This document shows, piece by piece, positions 38,542 to 51,400 of a stretch of DNA of 64,000 bases. The position numbers were made by a program, and so were the translations under genes. The stretch comes from Camelus ferus (lineage: Eukaryota): the NCBI RefSeq assembly GCF_009834535.1, contig NC_045696.1, positions 1,488,001 through 1,552,000 on the forward strand, in the 5' to 3' direction. The notes beneath the pieces were generated by a model, which worked only from the letters and a program-made list of their open reading frames with translations, was not told the origin of the DNA and made no database searches. The stretch's first letter is position 1; every line of letters starts with the position of its first letter.

Positions 38542-41329
38542 CAGTAAAGCAAGCTGACGCAGGTCTAACTATGGACATAACGGAGATCCTGTGGGTGGGG
38601 GCTGCAGGCGCTGCGTGTGCAGGAGGAAGCTCAGAGGCAGCTCCCCCTACCTGGGGCTTCCCAGGAAGTCACAGCCTGGACGTAGGGAGGGATGTCTGGG
38701 AGAGACCAGATACCAACCTGTATCCTCTTGGGCAGGGCCAGGGCTGGCTAGTACCCAGTGGAGGGTTCCAGAAACATGAACGGTAGAGTCAGTTGCCCTC
38801 AGTCCATTTCCTGTTTTTGTGACATATTCCGGCTTGTTTTGAAGTAATCCTCTGGAAAATTTCCCACCTTGTCCCGGTGGGACTGAGACACCAGGAAGGA
38901 GAGTGGACCCCCAGGGTGAACCCCTGGGTCCCAGTTCAGCCCCACCTCTCACTGGCTGCATGACCCGGAAGAAGCTCAGTTTTCTGTCTTGTCAAAGTGT
39001 GGGTGGAGAGTCACTAGAGTCCCCTTCCTCTGGTCCCTGAGAGGGCTCTGAGGCTGGCATGGGAAGGGCTTTGAGACTCACCACTGCTCGCAGGCGGTGG
39101 GCAGCAGACTGTCCTGTGTCTCTGTCCAGGGCAAACCCCTGGGCCCCGAGAGGCCCGACCTGGCAGGGACCAGGGGGCCCTTCCGGCTTGCGGCCCCACT
39201 GGAGCCATCCCTCGTAGCTGGGGTGCACGCTCTGTGCCGTCCCTTAATCTGACCGTGGAAAATGGGCTTTGTCCTGTCGGCACAGCCCTCTGCCTCAGTC
39301 CACCCCTCCCTCTGTCCCAGAGCTCCACTGACCCCTGCCTGTCTCAGGGCACCCACAGACCTTTCCAGATCCCTTCAAGGCTCCTCAGAGGTCTGAGGCC
39401 CTCCGTGCTCCCTCGGCTCAGCTGCGCTGAAAAATGAGATCTCCGTGGTGTTAACAATCTCGGGGGTTAGAATGTCACCTGCCAAGCAGAAGGTTCAATC
39501 TCTTACCCGGCCTTTCTAAAAGTAATTCTTTAACTAATAATGATGAAAAATCCAATGGCACAGTCGACCACCAAATAAAAACAACTCACGTGAAAGTGCG
39601 TAGCATGTGACTCCAGCATGCACGCTCTTGAGGTGGGGGCCCTGGAATTCCAGAGCCGCCTCAGCCCACGGTGTCTGGGAGGCTGGTGGACAGCCCTCCC
39701 TGTTGCACGGGGGCTGGACAGTTATTTCTCCTAAGTTGACACCATTGTAACTGTGTCATTCTAATTCCCTAACCATTGCTCTTCTTGGGAAAACCATACA
39801 TTCCTTTAATTCTAGATTGCAGAGTAACCAATCTGTTTCTCTGAAAAGTCACTGTAGTTCATATTTTCTAATCCTGTGTGGTTTTAGGTCTTTCCGATTA
39901 GCCTGAAGATCTTTGACAATCGAATGTGTCGAATCAATAATGCTGTCTCCTGCCTTTTCAAAAAAGGACTTGGGCTCTAGTTACTCCGTATTTTTTGAAC
40001 TTCCACGTTGTCGAATTGTCCCAAAAGTCAGTTGTACTTTAAAATGCCATTGCTGATGGCACTGCTTAAGGTGTAGTAGGGGTCACTGTGTCTTGGTCAA
40101 TGTTGACAAACGTCCAACATCCTTCAAATACCAGTAAATTGCCGTTGTGTGTTTGTTAGGATGAAAAAAATGTTGCTTTCTGGGGCTAGAGTTCTAAGCC
40201 TGGGCTGGTGTGTACTCTGTTCCCAACAGCAAATAAGTTTTTAAACATCTTTTTCATAACAGAAAGTCCAAACCAAATGGAGATATAAAGTATTTGAACT
40301 GGAAGAGGTGGGGCAGATTACTGCAATCAAGGGCCCTTTGCTGCCTCACACAGACAGGAAGGAACTTTGTTCCTCTGCAAGGACTAAGTGCCCAGTTGAA
40401 GACAGTCTTGTTAAAACATTTGACATTCACATTGATATCACAGACACGCAGGCACTGTGCGTGGTAGGACCAGGCTTCCTTCCCTGCATACGGTCCAGCA
40501 CCAGCGTGACCTGGCTCGCTCAGGTCTGTTCTAAGAGGGAATGGCAGGGACACTGACACTCGGCATGACCTGCGACCCTCAGGTCCTCTCCGTGCGTGAC
40601 TCCGTGACCTCATGGTTAGCAGTGCTGTGAGCTGAGCTGTGGCACTGAAGCCAGGGTCATGGAGGTAGGAACTGGCGGGGTTGGGACACCAGCCTCACAG
40701 CCTGACGCACCGCTCTCCTGGTCCTGTGACCTTCAGCAGAGACCCACCCCGCTGGGTCCAGTTTTCCACAGCTGGTGATGGGGCCGGACCAGGTGATGCC
40801 GCCTTTGGTGCCCACACATCAAAGGAGGCACAGATATGTGGCAACCATGTCCTCCTGACTCAGAAAAGTCTTTCTACACTGGCCCTGGGTGTTGTGGGCC
40901 AGTTAAATTCTAACCAGTTGGGGCCCTCTCAGGGAAAGCAAGTATGGAAGATTTAGGGGCCCCCCCGCTGAATGCTGCAAGCTGAGAGGTCAGTCGGGAC
41001 TACACCTGCTTACCTGGGGTCCGTCAGATTCCATCTTAGACTGCAGAGCCCACTGCCCAGATTTCACTGCAGCAGCCCTTCCTTCGAGGGTTGAGGTAGG
41101 TGTGGGACAGCAGTGGAACCTGACCCAGTAGATGACGCTGGGGCCTTGAATTAGATCCATCCGGCAGACACCTCCCGTGCGACAGACGCCCCGGGCTGGC
41201 CCAGGAAGCCACAGTCAGGGACCCCAGCAAGTTTAGGAGACGGGTCTCTGACCTCCCTGTACCATTCCCAAGACCCCACTGTACTTTGGCTACGAAAACA
41301 CAACCTTACAACGAAAGCGCCTGGGCTCC

Positions 41330-42450
41330 CGCATCACGTATCTTTATCAGTTCTCGACGCCGTCCCAGGACGGGGAGCCGGCAGCGGCCCACCGGCTCCC
41401 CGCCCCAACCCCGCCCCCGGCCGGAGCCCTGACTCCGCGGAGGTGAAGGGGCGTCCCGGGGCGGCGGGCGTGCGGGGACCCGGGGCGGAGGTCTTCCGGG
41501 CGGGGGTCGGGACTGAGCGCGCGGGCTTTGCGTGGCCCGCGGGACCAGCCCAGGAAAGACCGCAGCACCTCCACTCCCCGAGGGTCAGGACCACCGCGCG
41601 CCCGAGAGAAACGGCCTCGGGGCCGCGCAGGCGCACTGAGCAGCAGCCCCTCCACCCGCAGCCCGCGGCCTTCCCGCCGCGCAGGCGCGCTGAGCCCCGC
41701 CGCGCCGGGAGGCGGGCACCTCGAGCGGCCGGGGAGGGCCGGAGGGCGAGGGGCGGGGCCGCTGTTGCGCACTCTCCCGCCGCTGCCCCGCCCGCTTCCG
41801 GCGCGGCTCTTCCGGCCGGAGGCTCCCTGGCCGGGGTCCAAGGTGGGGCGCGTCCGGCCAACGACGACCGACAGACCGGCGGGGCCACAGCCACCATGGC
41901 GTCCGGCGGGGTCCGCGCGCCGACGCCGCGCTGGGGACTGGCCCTCGGCGGCGCCGCGCTCCTCCTGCTGCTTCTCCCGGCGGCCTCGGCGCAGGGTGAG
42001 GGCGGGAGACGCGAGGGCGCGGGGTCGGAGTCAGGGGGGCGCGGGGCTGGGGTCACGCGGGGCGTGGAGGGCGGAGGGCGTGGACCACCGCTGCGCTGGG
42101 TCGCTGCCTCAGGCCCGCGTGGTCTGCGGGGGCGGCCGGGGGCCACCCGAGTGTCCGTCCGCGGGCCTGGCCGCCGCAGGCCTCGGGGCGGGGGCGGCAG
42201 GCCGGCCCTTTGTCCTGGCTCAGCGTGGGACCCGCGGGGTCGGCCTGGCCGGGCGCACTGTCCTCTCGGTAACGTGGCCACGACCTTCTTGGAAGGAGCT
42301 CTCGGGTGTGGACTCGGAGTCGGAACTCGAGAGCTTGCTTGTCCCACAGCGGGTCGTGGTCAGAGTCCAGGCGCCCGGCCCTTCTGAAGGCGCGGCTGGT
42401 GTGTTGAGGGGACGCTCTGCTGCCCTCGGGGAGGCCTGTGCGTGGCCCCT
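41330..42450. promoter_or_regulatory. PTTG1IP: PTTG1IP CpG-island promoter
   Basis: CpG-dense; GC box GGGGCGGGGC 41750-41759; two ETS/GABP-type CTTCCGG at 41795 and 41809; perfect Kozak GCCACCATGG at the start codon. Confidence 0.9.
41896..41995 (+). CDS. PTTG1IP: PTTG1IP exon 1 coding part (signal peptide)
   Basis: MASGGVRAPTPRWGLALGGAALLLLLLPAASAQ; G|gtgagg donor. Confidence 0.9.
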
Positions 42451-45400
42451 ACACTCACGCCCACGGTGCAGGGTAGACCCCTCCAGGGAGCTCCAGGGAC
42501 AGCGGCCAGCGCTTGGACTTACTCTGCTCCTACACTCTCCAGACCTGCGGTGCATGGGCAGGTGGCAGCCTTCCTTGGTTTATCCCACCTGTTCTTGGTA
42601 ACCACCTGTGCCAGGTGCTGGGCCCACGGTGGCGACTGCAGGCAGGGGTCCTGTCTGTTCAGGCGCTGCGTTCTTGAGCCTGACCAGGAAACAGCAGTTA
42701 GAGTGCTGGGAGGCAGGTGGGGGGGAGCAGATGACCTTAGGGCCAAGGAATTCCAGAAACAGGTACTGCTGGAGGCGGGGTGGAATCTCGGGTTTAATCT
42801 GGGAGCGTCGTGCTGGGTGCTGTGTGTGGCTTTCCTTGTGATCGCTGTGGGTGAGGAACAGAGCCCCAGGCTGGCCTAGCCACAGGCAGGCCTCCTCACA
42901 TGCTGGGGCCCAGCCGGCCAACTCGCGTCAGCCCGGGCTCTGTTCACTTCTGTTTAGCACAGCAAAGCACCTTTCCTCTGTGACCTTAGGGGGTGTTTAT
43001 TCCAGTGCAGGACTGCTTGAGTTTCTTCTCGTCCGCTTCCTAACAGACTTGTGTATACACTTGTGATGCTGTATGTTAATGCAGCAGTCGAGTTTCACGG
43101 TAGAGGGAACTTCTGGTCCAGATTGAGTTTTCAGCACAAATGTGGAATCAGTACTTTTTACCCAACAGCGTGCACAGGAGCCAGGAGTCGTGATCGCACA
43201 AGAAACTCCTTGGCGGCCGACGGTGTGCGCACCGCACGATGTCAGGGTGTGTTTGCTCTGCCTTTCACACTGCCCTGGGTGCCAGCTGCAGGCAGATGCC
43301 CTGGGATATGAGTAACTGCATCCTGTGGCCGTTTGGGAGTTAAACCAGACTGTCATTCTAGTATTACAGGAGAAAAGCAGCTCCTTTTCTAGCCACACTG
43401 AGCACTGAGATCCCCCCTTCCCATGTAGCGAGGGCTTGGTGTGAGATTTTTACTGCTTGTCATACCATAGGAATGTGACTGCAGTCTTTAAGACATTTTT
43501 GTCTTCCTTGCAAGGATGCTGTGTGTATTAGCCTGGCCACCTTAGCGAAACAGAACCTACAGAATATATGTAGCCATGGAGACAGAGTTATTATGAGGGG
43601 TTGGCTAGTGTGATCGTGGGGCTGAGGAGTCCTGTGATCTGCTGTCTGCAGCTGGAGACCCAGGGAGGCTGGTGTGTAGTTCCAGCCCGAGTCTCAAGGC
43701 CTGAGCCATTGGGTACGTCCCAGTCCAAGCCCGCAGGTCCGAGGCCAGGGGAAGAGGGATGTCCCAGCTCCAACAAAAAGCACATTCTTGCTTCCATGCC
43801 TTTTTGTTCTGTTCAGGCCCTCAGCGATTTAGGTGATGCCCCCCGCCCCCCGCCTGCACAGGACCCTCTGCTTTCACCCGTCCACCAACTCAAATGCTCG
43901 ACAGAAACACCCTCCCAGACACACCCAGAAACAGTGTGGTACCAGCCCTCTGGGCATCCCTTAGCCCAATCAAGTTGACACATAAAATTAACCCTCACAG
44001 GTGTGTGAATTCAAACACCATCACACTGATCCCGAACCAGCCATCTCTGATGTCTTCTCTAACGTGTGCTTGGGAGGGGAGGCATCGGGCCCCCAAGGTA
44101 TGTGAGATCTTCAGGGGGAAGTTCATTGGCTTTGGACCTGCTTTAATTGTGTTTGGGGTCAGACTCCATCCCAGAGTTTCATCTTTATATCCTGAGGGAA
44201 GGCCACCCCTGAAATGGCCTCAATCTGTTGTAGTAAATGGAGGGTCTAGAGGAGCTGGGTGGCGGCCAGCGCAGGAGGCGGGCGGGGGCTCCTCGCTGCA
44301 GGGCAAGGGTTTGGAGGGGCTGGATGTGGGCGCCGCCCGTCCGCGTCTTGACCTGTGTTGTGCTCTTCACTCCTCTGCAGAGGTGGTAGCACAGCCAAGA
44401 CTTCTTTGTTTAAACGAACTTTTTGCCCTGTTTCTCGTGTGATACTGACAGTGCAGGCACGCTCTGTGCCCTGTCACCATGTGGTGTGGCCACCGTGCAG
44501 GTTCCGGGGCTTTTCCACTGCCCAGGGTGGGGCCGAATGCAGCCCTGTGGCCTGCTTGCCCACAGTAAATACTCACTTACTCATTTCCTTGTTTATGAAA
44601 ACGTACGTCTTCACACGTGCTGACGTGTGCCCTTTGTACTGCAGCAGTCGCCTCACCTGAAACTCGAATGCAGCATGGATTGTTGTGTCCTAGCAGAACC
44701 TTTTCTTTTAAATTTTATCTTTTAAAAATTTGTTTGTTTATTTTTTTGTTGGGGGGAAGTAATTAGGTTTATTTACCTTTATTGGAGGTACTGGGGATTG
44801 AACCCAGGACCTCGTGCACGCTAAGCACGCGCTCTACCACTGAGTTGTACCCTCCTCCCCCTTTTTATTTTGGTTTCCCAAGAGCATGAAGCTTAATGTT
44901 CCCTGGTCACTGATAAGGAGGGTCTAAGTTGATTCTCAGCCGCAGGCCTTCAGAAGTCAGGACGATGACATTTGGCATTAGACCTCGGAAACGCGGCCAG
45001 AGTTCGCTGGCTGCGGGCTTTCAGCACAAGGTTTCTGATTCCCGGGATGAGATGAGATGCAGGGAGTGACCTTTGACCTCCTGCCTCTGAACAGGATAGC
45101 AGATGGTTAATGCATTTTCTTTTCTGCATAAGACACCGTGGTGTTTCCAGAGGCGGTAAGGAACGGCCTTCTGGGGCTCTGAGCTTCCTTGGGGAGTGCC
45201 CTTGAAGGTCGGTGCTCCTGCGTGGAGAGTCTCCCTCCCGGAGGCCTCTGTTGACTCACACTGGCCGGGGGAACAGGGTGGTGGTGTGTGTCTTTAGCTC
45301 GTGCAGGGCCGGCGGTAACGGGGACCTGAACATTCCTGTGCCTCTTGCCTCGCCCCGCCCCCGCGGCCGCCCTTACAGTTTGTAGGAAGGACTGGAGCCA

Positions 45401-48400
45401 GGGCTGTTTCCCGCTGTGCCTCCCCTAAGTGCTGTTTACTGAGAAACAGGTCAAAGCTGCAGAAAACACTGAAGGAGTAAATAGCGCAGTGAAGGCCTGA
45501 GTCCTTTCCTGTTCCTGCAGCCTCTGCCACCACCTGTGTGTATCTGCTGGTGCCGTTTTAACCAAACCCTTTGCAGGCAGTTGTGCTGTGGCCGCTTACC
45601 CTCGATTCGTCAGGGAGCATCTCTGAGAACAAGGGCGCTCCTCCCCAGAACCCGAACGTGGCAGCACGGTCTGGGCGGCGCCCCTGCCACGAGACTTGAA
45701 CCCACGACTGACATTATCCCAGCAGCGTCCTCTGGGTCTGGCTCGTGGGCCGCCTTCCGTCTCCGTGTCTCTCAGTCTGTGCTCACTGGCCTGGCCACTT
45801 CTCTGAGGGCCGCTTTGTGGTCTTGGCATGTTTCCTCTGATATGACTCAGATACATTTAGGGAGGATTCAGCCCCTTGCTGACTGTCCTCCCCACACCCT
45901 CTGGCGGCACCTGCTGTCACTTTGTCTTGTCATGTGGCCGCAGGTGGTCGTGGGGATGCTCTCGATAACTTTTCAGGTACTGATCTCCCTTCCCAAGTAT
46001 AAACAAACCAGGAGGGGCACTCTGAGACTGGCGGGCCCCGCGGTCTTAGCGTCCGTGTTTACTGTGGTGGAGACTCTGCTCGTGGTCCTTCTCTGCATTT
46101 ATTTGGTGTCAGTGTGAAACCTTGGCGCATTCAGGAGGTCAAGTCCATGACTGTCATGCACCTGGGTGGTTAAATTGTGCCGGTTTGGCAGGGAGGACCC
46201 TCCGAGCTGCTTCTGGGTCCTTTGCCATTTTGCCTGTGAGCCTGCGCCACTTTCCGGCACAGCGAGCTGTCCCAGGCTGAGCTTGTCCCTTCTCAGCCCC
46301 AGGTCTGGAATCAGCTGTTTCTCTGCAAGGAGCCTGCTTCCTTTTAGTGGGAAATTATGTCTCGAAGCCAAGACCTGGGCAGCACCCCTGGTCCTCTGCT
46401 TCGGGCGTTGTCCTTTCTTGGCCCTTAGTGGGCAGAACTAGGAATCGGCCTTTCAGTGATGTCGTCCTCACCGCAGCACCACGGGGCTGCTTCTCCTTCG
46501 CCCAGGTCAGGCCCCGGGGACGTCAGGGGTGACCCTGCCCCTCTCCCAGCAGTGCTTTGAGGAGTGAGAGGTGTTTCAGGGGTGTTAATTTTCTTTACCT
46601 TCCTGGGGCTGAACAGAATCTGTTGTTTTGAGTACTTAAAAAGTTTAAAATAAGCTTCAACCCAAACTAGCAGCATGCCACTAGATGCTCTGAAAAGAGG
46701 ACTGTCTGACAACAGCCGCTGTAGGGTGGTATGTTGTGACAGAGGGGCTTGCATTTCACTTTGAATGAAGTAGGCTTTTATTTTTTTAAAATGGAATATA
46801 GAAGAACTACACCGTTGAATAGAAACACTCCCCAACTATTTCAAAGTAAGTTTACTGTTTTAGTCTCACTTAGTAAACATGATGAATAAAATTGTCACTT
46901 AAAGTGAAAGCTCTTTTCCCCTACAGTTACTTATGAAAATCTTCAAAAGCACAGGAGAGTGGACAGAACTGGACAGTGAACACTCACACGCCCACCGCTA
47001 GGTTTTATCTCGTTCTGCTGTACGTCGTCCGTCCAGGTGTCCGACTCCTCCGGTCGGTGCATTTTGAGGTTGCGGACATCTGCGCTACCCCCGCACCTCC
47101 CTGCGCGCGTCATTAATGAGCTCAGCGCGTGCCTGTTTTTCCTTTGAGATCAGTCTGATAGAATGCAGGCAGGGATCTCACGTGTGCCTTCGGGTGAGTG
47201 ACCCCTGTGACGCTGGCCTCTCTCGAGCCTCATAACAGGCTCTCCAGTCCATCCACCGCAGGTGGGTCCAGCTGCTCCCGAACCGCAGGCCGTGCACCGT
47301 GGGCTTTGTGTGAGGCTTCTGGGTCTGCCCGTCTGTAAGCCCCATCCGTGTTTTATGTAGACAGCGCGCTTCTTTTTAGGGCTGGAGAGTGTCCTGTTGG
47401 GGGACTGTACCAGTTTCTCTGTCCGTCCTCCGATGACCTCCCCTGTCCTCTTGCCCCGCCAGGCGCAGCGTGTTGTGGGGGGCGCCAGGCAGGAGGAGCC
47501 CAAGGGCCCTGGCAGGGAGCCCGGCAGTGCCCAGGACCACGTGGAGGCCGCGGCCGAGTGGGGCGTCCAGACTTCTAGGCTGTTTTCAGGTCTTGGCTGT
47601 TGCTGTGTGCCAGGCTGCTGCCACCTCCCCGGGTGTGTGTTCTGGTTTCTGTCCACGGCCCGGGGTGGAGTTGCCGAGTCCGAGGGCAGCGTGTGTGTGT
47701 GTGTGTGCGCAAGTGCCTGGGCTGCGCTGCTCTCCGGCCGCGCATCTGAGGCCCCGTCCGTGCCAGCGCTTGGCGTCGTCCGTCTTCCTGGCAGGTGTGC
47801 GTTGGTGCCTGGTTGTGACTCTGGTGCTGTCTGCACTGGTCTCTTACGCGAGCATGTGTTTTGGGGGTGGTATGGGTGAACAGCTGCTGTCGCTTGTGTC
47901 CTGGAAGTCATTCCTGCACTAGCTCCTCACTGCTGGTCAGCGGAGCTCCAGAGCTGTCACCTGCCTGGGGTCTGACCCTGCCCGCGGCAGCCGTGCTGTG
48001 AAGGGTGCTTGGAGCCCCCACCCCCGCTTCTCCGGGAGAGGTGTGCTCTGTGCAATTGGAACCGCCTTCTGCCTCGTGTCTGGGGGCGTGGGCCAGGGTA
48101 CTGAGGCCTGCTGGGGTCTGGCCTGGTACTGCTGTGGCCTTTGGTTCCAGACAGCGTGCTGCCAAGCCTGGGGGGCGTCTGCAGACAGGGGTCTGCCATA
48201 AGGGTTCTGTGGGGGGACGGCCTGCCTTGCTGTGTGGTGCCTCCCTCCTGCCCGGGAGACCCGCTGGTCAGGGCACGTGTGCGCAGCCTGCTTTTCCGCC
48301 GGGGCCACCTACAGGGGCTTGGCAGCCACTGCTCGTGTGCCCCGAGGGCTTGGCGCACGAGGGTGTCGCCCCTGCGCCCTCCCCGGGGTTGCCGCCCCAG

Positions 48401-51400
48401 GATTCTCAGCGATGTCTGTTCTTTCCCTGCAGCTTGTTCTCAGAACACAAACAGGACCTGTGAAGAGTGCCTGAAAAACGTCTCTGTAAGTCATGCGCGG
48501 TCAGCACGTGACCTGGGAGCAGGCCGCGTCCCCTTGCTCCAGGGGCTGCCTGCGTGCAGGGATTTTTTAAGTGATGGTTATTAATAGCCTTTCTCAGCCA
48601 TCTTAAGTTGTCTCCTGAAAGAGGCCTGGATGGGCAGGAGGGGTGGAGCCGCTTCGTTGGGGTGGGGGCCAAAGAGGGAGCAGGCAGTGTGGCGGGACTG
48701 GGGTCGGAGGCCGGCCGTCTGCCTTCAAGTCTTCACACTGTGAGCCTGAACTTCTCTTCCAGTGTCTCTGGTGCAACACTAACAAGGCGTGCTTGGACTA
48801 CCCGGTGGCAAAAATCCTGCCCCCCGGTTCTCTCTGCCAGCTGAGCTCTGCACGCTGGGGCGTCTGCTGGGGTGAGTCCATGTTTTCATTGCTTCTCACA
48901 AAATCAGCGCTGCCATGAAAGTTCTGCTTGTGCTCAGTTAACCTAACAGTGCACCGCACGCCACACAGGCTCACGAAGGGCAGGAGGCAGGGGCACTGGG
49001 AGGCAGGCTTGGTAGTGACTTGGGGGTGCGGTGCCCCCTGTTCCTGAGAGAAGATGCGATTGACTTGTTTGGCTTGTTCCTCGGCTGGCAGGGACCTGAA
49101 ACGGGCTGTTTCTGAGCAGGAGCTGCTCCTGGTCCCCAGGACGAGGAGGCGGTTGAGGGGACCTTGCCCTGGGGGCTGAACAGTGGGGAACTGGGGCTGG
49201 GCCCCTGGGGACCCTCCTGGCCCACGTGGTGCTGTCACGGCAGCGCCTCACCCTGACTCAAGCCTGTGCTGTAGGGGCTTGTCAGTCTTACAAATAATTG
49301 TGCAGTCATACCCAGTTCTCGGCAAAGTTGTTTCGGGGTTTTGATCATAATGATCTTAAGGATATATGTTCATTTGGAGAAAAATGAAACCTTCACGTTT
49401 GCACCCTGGTCCAGGAGCAGCGTGTCTCTCCGTCAGGTCCTGTGCGTCCCGTGGTGGGTGTGCAGGGCCCACAGGGAAGGGGGCCCGGATTTTGTTTCCC
49501 TTCCTGATGGGATTTCGGTTCTGCTGACATAGCTGGACTCAGCTGGTAATTAGAAAAGCTGTTAGGGGTAGGTGTGTTTTGAGCCCGCCGTCCCTCGGGT
49601 CGATCCTACCAGCTTTTAGACTTGGCGGCTCTGGAGCTCCATTGCAGCTGCACCTCTGCTGGAGGGGCCTCCTGACGCTGCTGCTCCCGGCGGTTTTTGC
49701 ATGTCCAGAACAGGCCAGAGGAGGGAAAGCACGTGATTAAAAGCTCAGCGGGTGTTTGATCAGATGTAACCCCTGTTCCTGAGGGTGGGTGCCTTCATGC
49801 TGGTGGCCTGAGGTGGGTCTGGGGAGGGGGCACCGGGGCACGTGGGATCTGTGCTCCTCCCCGAGGAGAAGCTCTCACCTTGCAGACCCCGCCCCAGCCC
49901 ACCCTGAACCAGGAAGCCAGTGGGATCCGAGGTTATCAGCTCCATGTGGTGGCATAATTTGTAAGTTTGGTTCCAGGGGAGAGTGGCGCTGCTATGGGCC
50001 GTCCTGCTCCTGTCACACCGTGTCCTGGGCGGGCTCCCTCCAGAGCCTCCCAGCCTCTGATCAGCTCTGGCTGGACAGGATGGAAAAGTACTGACTGGCT
50101 GGTTTTAATTTGTGAATCCCGAGAGAAGTTGGGAAGACCTGAAACTTGTAAATGTGTTTGGTCTCTGCAGGAAACCTTAAAGTCATCTGAGGGCCATGAG
50201 CCCTTTTCAGGCCCCTGGCGTCCCCTGGCCGGCCTGTGGCTCCGGCTCATGCTCTGGCACCACTGTCAGAGCTGCGTCCCGTTGGCTGTACATGTGACCG
50301 TTGGCTCTGAACGCTGATGACCGCAGAAGCCGCATCAGGCTTAACTTCCCGTTCCACACCTTCCATGTGATTGAGTTTAGCATGAGAGTCTCAGTACACG
50401 CCTGGGCATTCTCTTTCTTTCTGGTTTAGCTAACTTCTCGGGCTTGAAACGACCTTTCAGTGTCAGGTGGTGAGAATAGCTGCCTGCTGCTTCAGCCCGT
50501 CCTGGTTAGTGGGCAGGTTGCAAGAGACGGGAGGAGGAGGCAGTCCCGCTGCTGCTGCCGCTGCCTTGCCCCTTGCTCTGGAGGCCCCCCAGGAGGGGTG
50601 TCGCCGGGCGGGTCCCCGCACTCACTCTGTGCATTTGCCTCTGCAGTGAACTTTGAGGCCCTGATCATCACCATGTCGGTGATTGGGGGGACCATCCTCC
50701 TGGGCGTCGCCGTCTGCTGCTGCTGCTGCTGCTGCAGGAGGAAGAGGAGCCGGGGGCCCGACAAGAGCGAGGAGAAGGCCATGCGGGAGCGAGAGGAAAG
50801 GCGGGTCCGGCAGGAGGAGAGGTGAGGTGGCACTGGGGAGGCGTGGGGAGTGACGCTTCTATGCCCCAAGTTTTCTCCACGTGTGACATGCGGGCATGTT
50901 GAGCGTCTGTGGGGTTTTCTCGGTTGTGGCCTGAAGGATGGGGAACCGTGTGCGGGGGGCCTGGTCGGTGGCCACCCCCTGGTGTTTGGGGGCTGGCAGG
51001 ATGTTGCCATTTATGGCTAGCCACTGCGGGTTCTACTGAAGCAGGTGGCAAGGCTTTGACGGCCCATCCAGCGCTGTGTGAGCAGGGGCCCTGAGGTGGA
51101 GGAAAGCTTTGGACTGAGGTCCCCTGCCTGCCTGAGATCTCTAGGGACGGGGACCCTGGAATTGGGCCTCTCGTGTTGCCAGTGCTCTGACAGACACGTT
51201 CCTGGTCATGGGGCACTTGGGTGGGGGCGTGAAGGGGGCGCTGGGTGTGTGGTGTGGCCCCAGGACTGCCCTTGGTGGCAGGGGAGGTGGGGATCACCCT
51301 GCCTGAGGAGGGGCCAGGCTACAGCGGCGGGAGGTGCTGACCTCACGCCGCTGGCGAGGGCTGGGGCCGGAGAGGTGTCCGCGCTGTCACCGACAGCCAC

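Noticed and set aside
41334..42601. Overlapping 314-357 aa ORFs at the PTTG1IP promoter
   Set aside because: Stop-codon depletion in the CpG island explains them; only 41896-41995 (Kozak ATG to donor) is supported as coding
44783..44854. Functional tRNA-Ala gene
   Set aside because: It continues into SINE body and A-tail, has substitutions in the acceptor stem and A box region, and has four paralogous SINE copies in the window
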